64,000 nt of DNA from positions 6,754 through 70,753 of the forward strand of contig MWCQ01000012.1 in the NCBI GenBank assembly GCA_002070105.1, in the 5' to 3' direction. This DNA comes from Firmicutes bacterium ADurb.Bin193 (GTDB taxonomy: Bacteria > Bacillota > Clostridia > Monoglobales > Firm-18). A model generated the notes under the pieces. It saw only the letters and a program-made list of their open reading frames with translations. It searched no databases and was not told the origin of the DNA. Below, piece after piece: positions 27,686 through 36,631 of this stretch. Both the position numbers and the translations under genes were made by a program. Positions within the stretch are counted from its first letter, which is position 1. Each line of letters starts with the position of its first letter.

Positions 27686-29170
27686 ATGGAACAGATTTAT
27701 CTTCGAGATGCACGTAAGGCTGTAGATAAGAATTATGTTGGGTTTACTCCTAATGGAAGTTCAATTAAGCCTGTTCATATAGCGGGTGGTTCACTTCGCT
27801 GTATCTTCGGATATTATAACCGAACCAAAAACATCAAGCGGATGGCATTGGTTTCTGATTCCAAAGGTAATATCCCTGCAGGCAACGAAGCAGATATAAT
27901 TTATTCTCAGTTAGCGAAAGATGAAAAGATTGAGGACAGCATTTCTGAGAATTCCATTGAGTCCATGAGGAATGTCATGCAGAGGTTGCTGTCTGTTGAT
28001 AAAGGTGTTTATGTTGTAAAAGGGCTTAAAGATGGAATGATTTCCTATTCTGCTGGGTCAAAGTATTTCCTCACAAGTAGAGCTATGTATGAGGATGCTG
28101 GTGAGTTTATGGGAAGCCTTATAAGAGCATACTGTCCAGATCTTGCAAACTATATCAGAGATCTCTTGGAATCAGGGAATGATCCGATTACATTGCTATT
28201 CGGCCCTGTTCTAGAGGCAGATATGGAAGTGTTCTCTGATCAAAATCAGCATGAAGATTTGCCTGCATTTCAGGAGTTGAATAAAAGTACTAAATGGTTT
28301 ATAAATAGCATAAGAGATGGCGGAGCGTGCTTATTGGACAATTTCCGGCATCATCCTAACCCATTGACGCAGTTAAGACAGTTCAACTTTTTCTGTATTA
28401 TTAATTTGATTCGATACATGACCCTGCTGGAGGCTTTATATTGTGGCGAAAACATTAGACCAATATTGTTGGATTTTAGTGGGAAAATCCCTAGCTTTAG
28501 TAGTGTGGCAAGAATGTCCGAGATGTCTTACACGCAAATGTATAAATCAATTAACCGCTTCTATGCATGGGGATATGCAAAATGGCTTGATGAGCAGGGA
28601 TACAGCAAAGAAGAACTGTTAAATTCTGAAACGCCTGCATATGAAAAAGGAAAAACTGTCTCAAAGGCTAGCAAGGACGAATTGGATGCGCTGTGGACTC
28701 TTGCAAAGGAACGAGCCAGTGAAGTAGATGGAGAAAGCATGTACCTTGAGTTTGGGGAGACTATGTACGATATGCTTGCGCTAGAAGCATCGTCCCACCC
28801 GGTAACATATATTAGGGCTCTTGGGACATCTGCTGGTGTTTTGTATCCCCCAGATCAACTACACCCTAATAAGCGATTTGTTATTTCTCAAGATATTCTC
28901 GAAATGCTTTTAAGAAGTTGTGTAAGCTCTGGTGAAATAATAAGCGGCATGGAAATTAGACAACGGCTGTGGGATAGATTTGGGATTATTATTGGAGGAA
29001 GCCAGTTTGAAATGCAGATGCTCCAATCAAGTGGAATGATTATGCAAATTGATGAGGATGCACTAGAAGAAAATTTCTCCTTATTTGCCGCAACTCTTGA
29101 GTCAATGGACTTTGCAGAGGTTATGGCAGACGGTATTCTACAGATTAGAATGGGAGGTGCTGAAAAATGA
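27686..29170 (+). CDS. 494-aa protein of unknown function, translationally coupled to both neighbours
   Basis: ATG 27686 lies 4 nt after the upstream stop and after GGGAGG. Its stop overlaps the next start (ATGA). No motif recognised. Confidence 0.6.
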   Translation: MEQIYLRDARKAVDKNYVGFTPNGSSIKPVHIAGGSLRCIFGYYNRTKNIKRMALVSDSKGNIPAGNEADIIYSQLAKDEKIEDSISENSIESMRNVMQRLLSVDKGVYVVKGLKDGMISYSAGSKYFLTSRAMYEDAGEFMGSLIRAYCPDLANYIRDLLESGNDPITLLFGPVLEADMEVFSDQNQHEDLPAFQELNKSTKWFINSIRDGGACLLDNFRHHPNPLTQLRQFNFFCIINLIRYMTLLEALYCGENIRPILLDFSGKIPSFSSVARMSEMSYTQMYKSINRFYAWGYAKWLDEQGYSKEELLNSETPAYEKGKTVSKASKDELDALWTLAKERASEVDGESMYLEFGETMYDMLALEASSHPVTYIRALGTSAGVLYPPDQLHPNKRFVISQDILEMLLRSCVSSGEIISGMEIRQRLWDRFGIIIGGSQFEMQMLQSSGMIMQIDEDALEENFSLFAATLESMDFAEVMADGILQIRMGGAEK

Positions 29171-32100
29171 TGGACAAGCAAGCATTAGTTGCCGAACTTC
29201 TACGGAAGCATCTTGGTTGTGTAAAAACAGGTATCATTATCAAAGGAATTGAGGGTATTAATCCCGAAAGCATTGTCAGTCAGTTGGTTGATACCAATGC
29301 TCAATTGTATACTGCCATAATTGGTTATGGCAAGGTTACCAAGAGCCATGAAGCCAATTATGAAATTACCGATTTGATTGAGAAAGCAGTCTTGTGGAGA
29401 AGTATGCCTGAATGTGCTAGACGCATTCTCGTATTTATAAAGAATGATACGGACAAGCTTCATTCCTTGGCTGAATTTGACGTTATTTCCACGAGGGATG
29501 TATCGAGATTCCTTTTAGAACAGCAATTGAAGAATGATAATAATACACCAACACATAACTTTTGGACTGCACTTAAAGATACCTCTGATTACTATACGTT
29601 CGATGCGCTATACGAATTTGTTTCGGCAGTGTCGAGAAGTGACAATTCCGCAGAAGCAATCCCAGAAAACATGTGGCGGATAAATCTGTTATCTGATTCC
29701 AAAATTCTTGGCACAAAAAGTGATCCCAAGGAGAGACTCGCTAAGAACAGAGACCTAATTTTTTCAATAGGGCAACTACGTGAGGATTCTAGAAAGAAAC
29801 TGAGTCGGTCTTTGGCGCGGTCAAAAGTGAGCGATAAAGAAAGACTCCAAAAGGCATATCATAGCCTGCAAAGTCTTTATAAATACGGCAAGCGTGAAAC
29901 ACTAAGGGATCTTGATATGGAGACAGTCCAAGAATTGTTTTCTGCATCTCAAGAATCAGATAATAAAAGAAAGAAAGCATTACCTCCTAAACCCGAGGAC
30001 CCTTCAAATATTGAGGAAACACTACCTGAGAGCACACCAATCAAGCCAAAGGAGTTAGACGTTTTAATCTCCGATGCAGTGGTATTTGGCGGTGATGAGG
30101 AATTAGAAAATATACAGGATTTACTGAAGGCATTAATAAAGCATTACGATCCTGAAACTGAAGAAAATGATGACGACATTCCTCCGATAGGCGGAATTTT
30201 TGGCGATAGAAATATTGTGTTAGAAAACCATCAAACGGATCTCAGAAAGCTAGTTGGTAAGTTTTGCAATTTGTCCGCTTGGGGCGGTCTCATGGAGACT
30301 GATGAAAGTGTTCTCAAGGATGCTATTTCTGCCGATATCACTAATGCTAAATTTTTCAATCCGGAAAGTGTAAATTCGATAATATCTTTTTCAGGCGGAA
30401 TCGACGGAAGTCAGCCTTTGTTTGATTTCATCGTTCAATTCGATGCTCAATTTGATGCAAAGGGATTGGATAACGCGGAGAGATTCACTGCGATAATATC
30501 TAATTTAAAGGAACAGAGAGCAAAGCTTTATGATTCGATTGATATGATTATGTATCATCCAGTTCTATTATTTGGAGCCTCTGAAGAAAAGAGACAGGTT
30601 CTTGTGGATTATATTCAAGCGTGGGAACGTCTTTATCATGCGTTCTGCGTTAATGAGCCCATCATGAGACAAATCAGCGCTGGAGGAACAAGTTTTATTG
30701 CTAGAGCGATTTTGCTGCTAGATGTTTTATATGTTAAGACTCCGAAGGAATGGAAAGGACTGCTCCTTCCGTTGCATCCAATTTACCTATGGCGCTTTTA
30801 TGAGGTCTTCCGTACCTTGCCCAATAAGAAGTCTACGCTTAGCGACGAAGATAAAGATGCGTTATCTGCAGTTTTATCGCAGCTTCCGCAGGTACTGAGT
30901 TTTATCATAGCAAACAGCATTGTGACTGAATCATCGGAAGATCGAATTCTCCCTTGCTCTGGAAGCATAGAGATGTTGCCTACCTTTGAAAATAAAACTA
31001 ATCGCTATTTAGGCAATGATGGCACAGAATCCATAGAAGAAATACTTACTAGGTGGGTAGGTTTTGCTCCTTATACACGAAACGAAATCAGAATTTGCTC
31101 TGTAGATGCGCCAGATTTAATTGGAATTATTCGTCAAGTTAAGTCCTTTATGGATAAAAATTCCTGCAAGCGCGTAGTATATGATGTTTATCTTACAAGA
31201 AACCAAAATGGGAATACTGAACTGTCAAAACTAGATTATGCTGGAAAGGATTACGAAATAGGCGAATATATAAAAGAAGACCGAATTTTCATAGGTATTA
31301 AAAATGTTCGTTCAGTGAATGATGTAAAATCCGCCTTGGACTTTAGGCCTGTTCATGTGGCGTTCTATTTTGATCAGTCCTCATACGCAATCGAATTTGG
31401 CCCAAACAGCCATAACCTTTATATCAATCCGCTAGTTATAACATATGATTATGACTTTGACGAGATTCAGCATAAAGGCAGCATCTTCCCTTCATCAGAA
31501 ATGGACTCCGGTCTTATTGGTGACTACCATAAGCTAATGAGATCAGCGGATATTATAACCAACAACATGAATCCGAGGACAATCTATAACGGAAATGCGG
31601 ATATGACATCTGTGGTCTCGACGATTGAGGACGGCCAGACGCAGTGGCTTGTGGTTGCAGATAGAGACACAAACAATTATCAGCCAGAAAAGGCTATTCC
31701 GATTGGTGAGATGCAATATGACAAGAGGATGGTAAATGCTTGGGCGTCAGATGAATCAAGAATCATCTCACAGTATTTAAATCTTCTTCGCGGCTATAAT
31801 TTATATCCCAAGGCTGAAACCCTTATTGATATTCTTCGACAGTTTGGCCATATTGCTTCTAATGGGCTGATTAGTATTCCAAAATTTGGGGCAGACGCCC
31901 AGGCGATCGATAACAAGAGAAAAGGTTTAATTGGGACTTTATTTGCAGCTTCTTGGTATATGAAAAAGCATCCAGAGGCTCTTGTTGCATCCTTGGATGA
32001 TGATAAGGCAAGACTTTGGCTGCAAAACAGAAAGTATGGAAATGAACGGGCCGATCTCGTAGGCTTGTACTATGATGATCAGAGCAATACACTCCATATT

Positions 32101-33915
32101 CAACCTATTGAGGTGAAAACGAGAGATGAATCTCCGGATGCCACCATAACTAAGGATGAAGTTGGATCAAAGGTATTTAATATTACTGGCCATGCTGCAG
32201 GTCAGATTGCTTCAGTGATAGAGATCTTGAGAGAAATCTTTACTACCGATGAAAATGCAGCGGATATGTTTACGTCGGCACGAAGAGAGGTCTTAAAATA
32301 CCAAATTGTATCAGAATGCTTCAGAAATGTACACAATGCAGATTGGCAAAAGCGATGGTACGATATTCTGAAAAGAGCGTTCGCGAATGGACCTAGAAAG
32401 AATATAACAATTAATGTATCAGGAATACTAATGCATATAAAGCTTAATGAGGCGTCCGGCGGCGAGCATATTGTTTGCTATAATCCCGAATTCGATGATT
32501 GTCGAATTGATTATTGGAAACTTACAGCCAGAGAAATTCAGCGAGATGTGCTGGGAGATGGTTCCCTTATTAAAGAAATGTGGACACCAGATTTTGATAC
32601 AGCGGAAGACAATGATGTGGTAGTTAATGATTCAGTTGATGCAATAATTGATAAAGATGACGCTGTTGATGATATATATGAAGAAGGAGATATTACAAGA
32701 GATATTCATCCTCCGGAAAGTATTCCATCAAGCAATTTGGCGGTAGTTACCGAACCGCGTGAGAAGAACGGTGCGCCAGTTATTTCGGGCACTCCTGTTC
32801 TGGAGACTGAAAATGGCGTTAGCAAAGAAGAGATTGAACAGTTGGTTAAGGATTTTAAGAGATCCTGTGGTGATTATCATGTTTCCTTGCGTGAATGCGA
32901 TGCAGAAAATACAGTTGTTGGGCCAAGCGTTATACGTTTAAAATTCCGTTTGGGTCGAGGACAAGCATTGCAGGGGCTTTCCAGCCATCTAGAGGATATT
33001 GGAAGAGAGATGAAGCGTACCGGCGTGATTATCCAACAGGTGCCTAATTCTGATGAATTACTTCTAGATGTACCACGGCTTCAACGCGAAAAGGTTTTAT
33101 TTAGGGATGTCATATCTTCTTTGCCTAGGGTAACGTCTCCTGAGCAACTGTATTTCCCCCTTGGAAGAACACCTAATGGTGTAGATTTAATTGAGGATCT
33201 TGGCCAGATGCCACATATGCTGGTTGGTGGTAGCACTGGATCTGGAAAATCTGTATTCCTCTTTACAATGCTTGCTGCAATGTTGATGACTCATCCGCGA
33301 AAGGAAGATCTTCAGTTGATTTTATCCTCGTCAAAGCTGGAGGATTTCATACATTTTGAAGGATTACCCCATCTTTATTCGGGGAGTGTTATTTCTGATG
33401 CTATCGAAGCAACGAAAGTGATCAAGGAGGTTATTTTCGAAGAGTCTGAACGCAGAGGGAAACTACTTGCAGAGGCTAGAGTCGCAAACATTATCGAGTA
33501 TAACAAGATAGCAGAGGAGAAACTCGCTCCAATCGTAGTAGTGATTGATGAGTTTGCTGATTTGGCAGATCAATTAGAAAATAAAAAAGAACAAAACGCT
33601 TTCTATAAACCTGTTCAACGCATAGCACAGGCTGGACGTAGTAGAGGGATACATCTTGTTATCTGCACACAACGACCTGAAGCAAAACTTGTACCTTCAA
33701 CTACAAAAGCACAATTAAACGGCCGTGTTGCTTTGCGTGTTAATGATGGCATTTCATCTCGCATGATTATCGAGACACCGGATGCTCAGTACCTTCAGAA
33801 GCACGGAGATATGATTTACAAGAATGGTGATGTGGTTGAACGTGCCCAAGGTTATTTGATTGAAATCGAGGAACTAGATAAAATCGTAAGCTCAGTAATT
33901 AATGGTACATTCTAA
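29167..33915 (+). CDS. 1582-aa protein: unknown N-terminal region, PD-(D/E)xK-like nuclease motif, acidic linker, C-terminal FtsK/SpoIIIE alpha-beta ATPase motor
   Basis: ERADLVGLYYDDQSNTLHIQPIEVKTR (D963, E982, K984). VGPSVIRLKFRLGRGQALQGL...VIIQQVPN (FtsK alpha-like). MLVGGSTGSGKSVFL (Walker A, K1361). IVVVIDEFADL (Walker B). GIHLVICTQRP. NGRVALRVNDGISSRMI. Confidence 0.8.
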   Translation: MMDKQALVAELLRKHLGCVKTGIIIKGIEGINPESIVSQLVDTNAQLYTAIIGYGKVTKSHEANYEITDLIEKAVLWRSMPECARRILVFIKNDTDKLHSLAEFDVISTRDVSRFLLEQQLKNDNNTPTHNFWTALKDTSDYYTFDALYEFVSAVSRSDNSAEAIPENMWRINLLSDSKILGTKSDPKERLAKNRDLIFSIGQLREDSRKKLSRSLARSKVSDKERLQKAYHSLQSLYKYGKRETLRDLDMETVQELFSASQESDNKRKKALPPKPEDPSNIEETLPESTPIKPKELDVLISDAVVFGGDEELENIQDLLKALIKHYDPETEENDDDIPPIGGIFGDRNIVLENHQTDLRKLVGKFCNLSAWGGLMETDESVLKDAISADITNAKFFNPESVNSIISFSGGIDGSQPLFDFIVQFDAQFDAKGLDNAERFTAIISNLKEQRAKLYDSIDMIMYHPVLLFGASEEKRQVLVDYIQAWERLYHAFCVNEPIMRQISAGGTSFIARAILLLDVLYVKTPKEWKGLLLPLHPIYLWRFYEVFRTLPNKKSTLSDEDKDALSAVLSQLPQVLSFIIANSIVTESSEDRILPCSGSIEMLPTFENKTNRYLGNDGTESIEEILTRWVGFAPYTRNEIRICSVDAPDLIGIIRQVKSFMDKNSCKRVVYDVYLTRNQNGNTELSKLDYAGKDYEIGEYIKEDRIFIGIKNVRSVNDVKSALDFRPVHVAFYFDQSSYAIEFGPNSHNLYINPLVITYDYDFDEIQHKGSIFPSSEMDSGLIGDYHKLMRSADIITNNMNPRTIYNGNADMTSVVSTIEDGQTQWLVVADRDTNNYQPEKAIPIGEMQYDKRMVNAWASDESRIISQYLNLLRGYNLYPKAETLIDILRQFGHIASNGLISIPKFGADAQAIDNKRKGLIGTLFAASWYMKKHPEALVASLDDDKARLWLQNRKYGNERADLVGLYYDDQSNTLHIQPIEVKTRDESPDATITKDEVGSKVFNITGHAAGQIASVIEILREIFTTDENAADMFTSARREVLKYQIVSECFRNVHNADWQKRWYDILKRAFANGPRKNITINVSGILMHIKLNEASGGEHIVCYNPEFDDCRIDYWKLTAREIQRDVLGDGSLIKEMWTPDFDTAEDNDVVVNDSVDAIIDKDDAVDDIYEEGDITRDIHPPESIPSSNLAVVTEPREKNGAPVISGTPVLETENGVSKEEIEQLVKDFKRSCGDYHVSLRECDAENTVVGPSVIRLKFRLGRGQALQGLSSHLEDIGREMKRTGVIIQQVPNSDELLLDVPRLQREKVLFRDVISSLPRVTSPEQLYFPLGRTPNGVDLIEDLGQMPHMLVGGSTGSGKSVFLFTMLAAMLMTHPRKEDLQLILSSSKLEDFIHFEGLPHLYSGSVISDAIEATKVIKEVIFEESERRGKLLAEARVANIIEYNKIAEEKLAPIVVVIDEFADLADQLENKKEQNAFYKPVQRIAQAGRSRGIHLVICTQRPEAKLVPSTTKAQLNGRVALRVNDGISSRMIIETPDAQYLQKHGDMIYKNGDVVERAQGYLIEIEELDKIVSSVINGTF

Positions 33916-33932
33916 GTGAAGGAGAAAACTAT

Positions 33933-34628
33933 ATGCAGGCGACTTCTATGTATGGAGACTTAATTGTTGGCACTTTTATAAAAGAAGAAAAGAATCGATT
34001 TATTTGCCGTGTTAGGGTCTCTGGAATAGAAACCGTCTGCTATATTCCTTCATCCTGTCGACTCAGCAACTTTATTGACCTTGAAGGAAGACAGGTCTTA
34101 CTAAAACCAAACGCATCCAGAAAGACACGCACGGAATACTCTGTTTTTGCAGTTAAATACAAACGAGGATTTATTCCTGTTAATCTTTCTTTAGCTAATC
34201 GAGTTGTTGAAGAACAAATTAAAAACCGCAGATTTTCATTCTTAGGAAACCGAAAAAATGTAATTCGAGAGGCTATGATAGATGGATATAAAGCGGATTT
34301 GTATATCAGTGACACACAGACAATAATTGAAATTAAAAGCATTCTTTCATTTGAAAAAGAAACTGTATTTCCTACTGTATATTCAGAACGTGCACTAAAT
34401 CAGTTAATAAAAATTAAAGAACTATTACTACAGGGATATACGGTACATTATATGTTGATTTCATTAAACCCTGTTGTTAAGCAAATCACATTAAATCAAA
34501 ATATGAGTGATTTTTATGAGCATTTTCTTGAGTGTATAGCTTTGGGGATGCAGTGCTGCGGGTATAGCATTTATTTACAAAGTGGCATACCAACCACGCA
34601 TTCAAAAACTAACGTATATTGGTGCTGA
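33933..34628 (+). CDS. sfsA: SfsA-like nuclease (N-terminal OB-like region plus PD-(D/E)xK core)
   Basis: GTFIKEEKNRFICRVRVSGIETVCYIPSSCRL..., GYKADLYISDTQTIIEIKS (D...E-I-K), and size (231 aa) match the SfsA family. AAGGAG lies 7 nt upstream of the ATG. Confidence 0.7.
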   Translation: MQATSMYGDLIVGTFIKEEKNRFICRVRVSGIETVCYIPSSCRLSNFIDLEGRQVLLKPNASRKTRTEYSVFAVKYKRGFIPVNLSLANRVVEEQIKNRRFSFLGNRKNVIREAMIDGYKADLYISDTQTIIEIKSILSFEKETVFPTVYSERALNQLIKIKELLLQGYTVHYMLISLNPVVKQITLNQNMSDFYEHFLECIALGMQCCGYSIYLQSGIPTTHSKTNVYWC

Positions 34629-34734
34629 TCCAGTTGATGTTTATTCATCTAAACTTAATACGCAGAACAAATATACGAAAGTCCCCGAACTTCTTGATTT
34701 GAGGCCATTCTTACAACTGAAAGGAGATTATAAT

Positions 34735-35793
34735 ATGTTAGATAGTACGATTACTTTATTTTCCTCTGATAGCAGACCTCAGTATGTAAAAGACGTTTTT
34801 AATGTATTAGCTCTACCCCATGGGAGTATGTACAGATTTAGGTATAAAGAGAAATACATACATAGCGATGTAATTGAACACTTAGGCAGTAGTAAAATTA
34901 AGGGTACTATTGCGTTAATAGCGTTCAGGACAAAACTGGGTATAGATAAAAATGAGCAGATTTTAATCCCAGTGCGTTGGGCCTCTATAACAAATATTAG
35001 GAAAAGTTCTGATTACTACTTAATTGATTTTACAGTTTTAGGTTATGCCGTCTTCAATAAAGAATTTGAAAATTGTCGAAATTATGAAGATATAAATTCG
35101 CTGGCAAAAAAGTATTTTTCCTCACAGGATAAGATTGACGCTTTTGTTATAAAAAACACGCCAAATATTGTCATCCCATTTGCAAATACAAAGCCAAATA
35201 AAATAAATGAAGATGATGAGAAAGATCGCTGGTTGAAAGTAACGGAACGTCTCAGTATCTATCCAAAGTTTGAAAAATGCTATTACTTTAAGGCATCAAT
35301 AATAAAAAATGGGCTTGCCAAGCTTTTTAACCCTAATTCTGTAATGGAAGGCGGAAGAACAAACATCAACATTGAATACAATAACTTTTGTGATATTTCA
35401 GACTCTGAAATAAATGTTGAGTACGATGAATGCTTATTAATACCCTCCAGAGATAAAAAAACCAAGATTGAATGCAGATATGATTCTACTATTTATGCAT
35501 TTCAAGCGAAAGGGATTTTATCAGATACACCTACGCAAATAACATTAAACTGTTATAGCTATAAAGACACTGAAAATAATCAAGACATTGAAACGATGAT
35601 AAAGATTCCTTTAATAATAAAAAGGAATCGTTGTTATTTGTTTGCTCGAGTCCTTTTATCGCTCGTTGGCGCAATAGGTATCGGTTTACCAGGAGTTTTA
35701 TCTGAATCTACCCCCTCCAAATGTAAAGTTGTTTTATTTGTTATAGGTTCAATATTCATTGCAATTAGCTGGTTGATACCGTATAAGGAGTAG
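34735..35793 (+). CDS. Hypothetical protein with two C-terminal transmembrane helices
   Basis: ATG 34735 lies 8 nt after AGGAG (the ORF track start 34582 would overlap sfsA). C-terminal CYLFARVLLSLVGAIGIGLPGVL and VVLFVIGSIFIAISWLIPY. Confidence 0.5.
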   Translation: MLDSTITLFSSDSRPQYVKDVFNVLALPHGSMYRFRYKEKYIHSDVIEHLGSSKIKGTIALIAFRTKLGIDKNEQILIPVRWASITNIRKSSDYYLIDFTVLGYAVFNKEFENCRNYEDINSLAKKYFSSQDKIDAFVIKNTPNIVIPFANTKPNKINEDDEKDRWLKVTERLSIYPKFEKCYYFKASIIKNGLAKLFNPNSVMEGGRTNINIEYNNFCDISDSEINVEYDECLLIPSRDKKTKIECRYDSTIYAFQAKGILSDTPTQITLNCYSYKDTENNQDIETMIKIPLIIKRNRCYLFARVLLSLVGAIGIGLPGVLSESTPSKCKVVLFVIGSIFIAISWLIPYKE

Positions 35794-35795
35794 CT

Positions 35796-36164
35796 ATGAT
35801 ATATAAATTTCTGAAAATAAAAAAAGCTATCCAGAAATCTTGGGGAGTTGATACAGCATATAAGGATGATATCCCCAATTGGTCAACCGATAATCCAGCA
35901 GCTGGGCAGTGTGCTGTTACTGCATTGGTAATTCATGACTTTTTTGGTGGCCAAATATTCAGCGGAGTGTCACAAGATGGTGTGGTTCATTATTGGAACT
36001 ACGTACATGGCATAAAAATTGACTTAACTCGAAGTCAATTTAAAGAGACTAAAAAATTCTCTGATATTATTGAATGGGCATCGAATGATTTACTGAATAC
36101 CGGTAATGTCAAGGAACGCTATGAGATTCTTAGAAATCGAGTAGAAATGTATATGCAAAAATAA
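35796..36164 (+). CDS. Small conserved protein, YunG-like (uncertain)
   Basis: 122 aa, starting 2 nt after the previous stop. W..DTAY...WSTDNPAAGQCAVTALVIHDFFGG resembles my memory of YunG-family proteins. Confidence 0.4.
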   Translation: MIYKFLKIKKAIQKSWGVDTAYKDDIPNWSTDNPAAGQCAVTALVIHDFFGGQIFSGVSQDGVVHYWNYVHGIKIDLTRSQFKETKKFSDIIEWASNDLLNTGNVKERYEILRNRVEMYMQK

Positions 36165-36210
36165 AACAAGAGAAAGAATGCAGTGAGATACAAAATCAAG
36201 TATATATTTA

Positions 36211-36303
36211 TTGACATATTCCCAAGAACGCACAAAAACTGTTGACCTGTTCCCGAGAACAGAAATTGCACGAAAAAACCTGCTCGACCTATCCCCGCGA
36301 ACG
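36211..36303 (+). repeat. Three imperfect ~20-nt direct repeats, each followed by an A-rich tract
   Basis: TTGACATATTCCCAAGAACG (36211), TTGACCTGTTCCCGAGAACA (36242), CTCGACCTATCCCCGCGAACG (36283). Each is followed by ...CGAAAAAAC-like runs, and similar GTGCGAAAAACC / GAACGAAAAAC recur at 36396 and 36451. Confidence 0.7.
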
Positions 36304-36517
36304 TAAAAAATGAAAAACACATACCAGACATCAATCTGATGCTATCGTTCCATGTTGAGACGGTGGTATTGATGTCAAGGGTAAAAGAGTGAGTGTGCGA
36401 AAAACCCTTATATATCAAGGCTTTCAGCACACATGGGCGTAAAACCCATTGAACGAAAAACATGAAAATATCGCTTCGTGGAAACAAGTCCAAAGGGGCT
36501 GTTTTGATAGTCAAGAG

Positions 36518-36631
36518 GTCAGGTTAGATGTCAGTACTCGGTGAGTGTACAGGTTAGATGTCAGCCTTCGCGAGTGGTCAGGTCAGATGTTTTTTCGGAA
36601 GTTTTTGAGGTTGTGTGAACAGGTTGGATGT
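36518..36631 (+). repeat. Four phased direct repeats immediately upstream of the PRTase-like gene RBS (candidate operator or iteron array)
   Basis: GGTCAGGTTAGATGTCAG (36518), GTACAGGTTAGATGTCAG (36548), GGTCAGGTCAGATGT (36578), GAACAGGTTGGATGT (36618). Spacing is 30, 30 and 40 nt. Confidence 0.75.

Noticed and set aside
24091-33915. Calling the cluster canonical Druantia or canonical DndFGH
   Set aside because: No DruE-type DUF1998 helicase or DruB-D equivalents are present. No dndA-E modification genes are in the window. From memory I cannot verify DptF/G/H homology, so I report only the resemblance.
29167-33915. Housekeeping FtsK/SpoIIIE chromosome translocase
   Set aside because: There is no N-terminal membrane domain and no gamma domain. 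It has a 1200-aa unrelated N-terminal extension with a nuclease-like motif, and it is embedded in an AT-rich accessory island.
36119-36514. 131-aa minus-strand ORF spanning the repeat-rich gap
   Set aside because: It has no Shine-Dalgarno, overlaps the 3' end of 35796..36164, and translates to hydrophobic Phe/Leu-rich nonsense that mirrors the A-tracts. The region is better explained as non-coding repeats.
36211-36631. Possible CRISPR array
   Set aside because: The repeats are only 15-21 nt and imperfect. They fall into two unrelated families of 3 and 4 copies with 30-42-nt periodicity, and there are no cas genes in the window.
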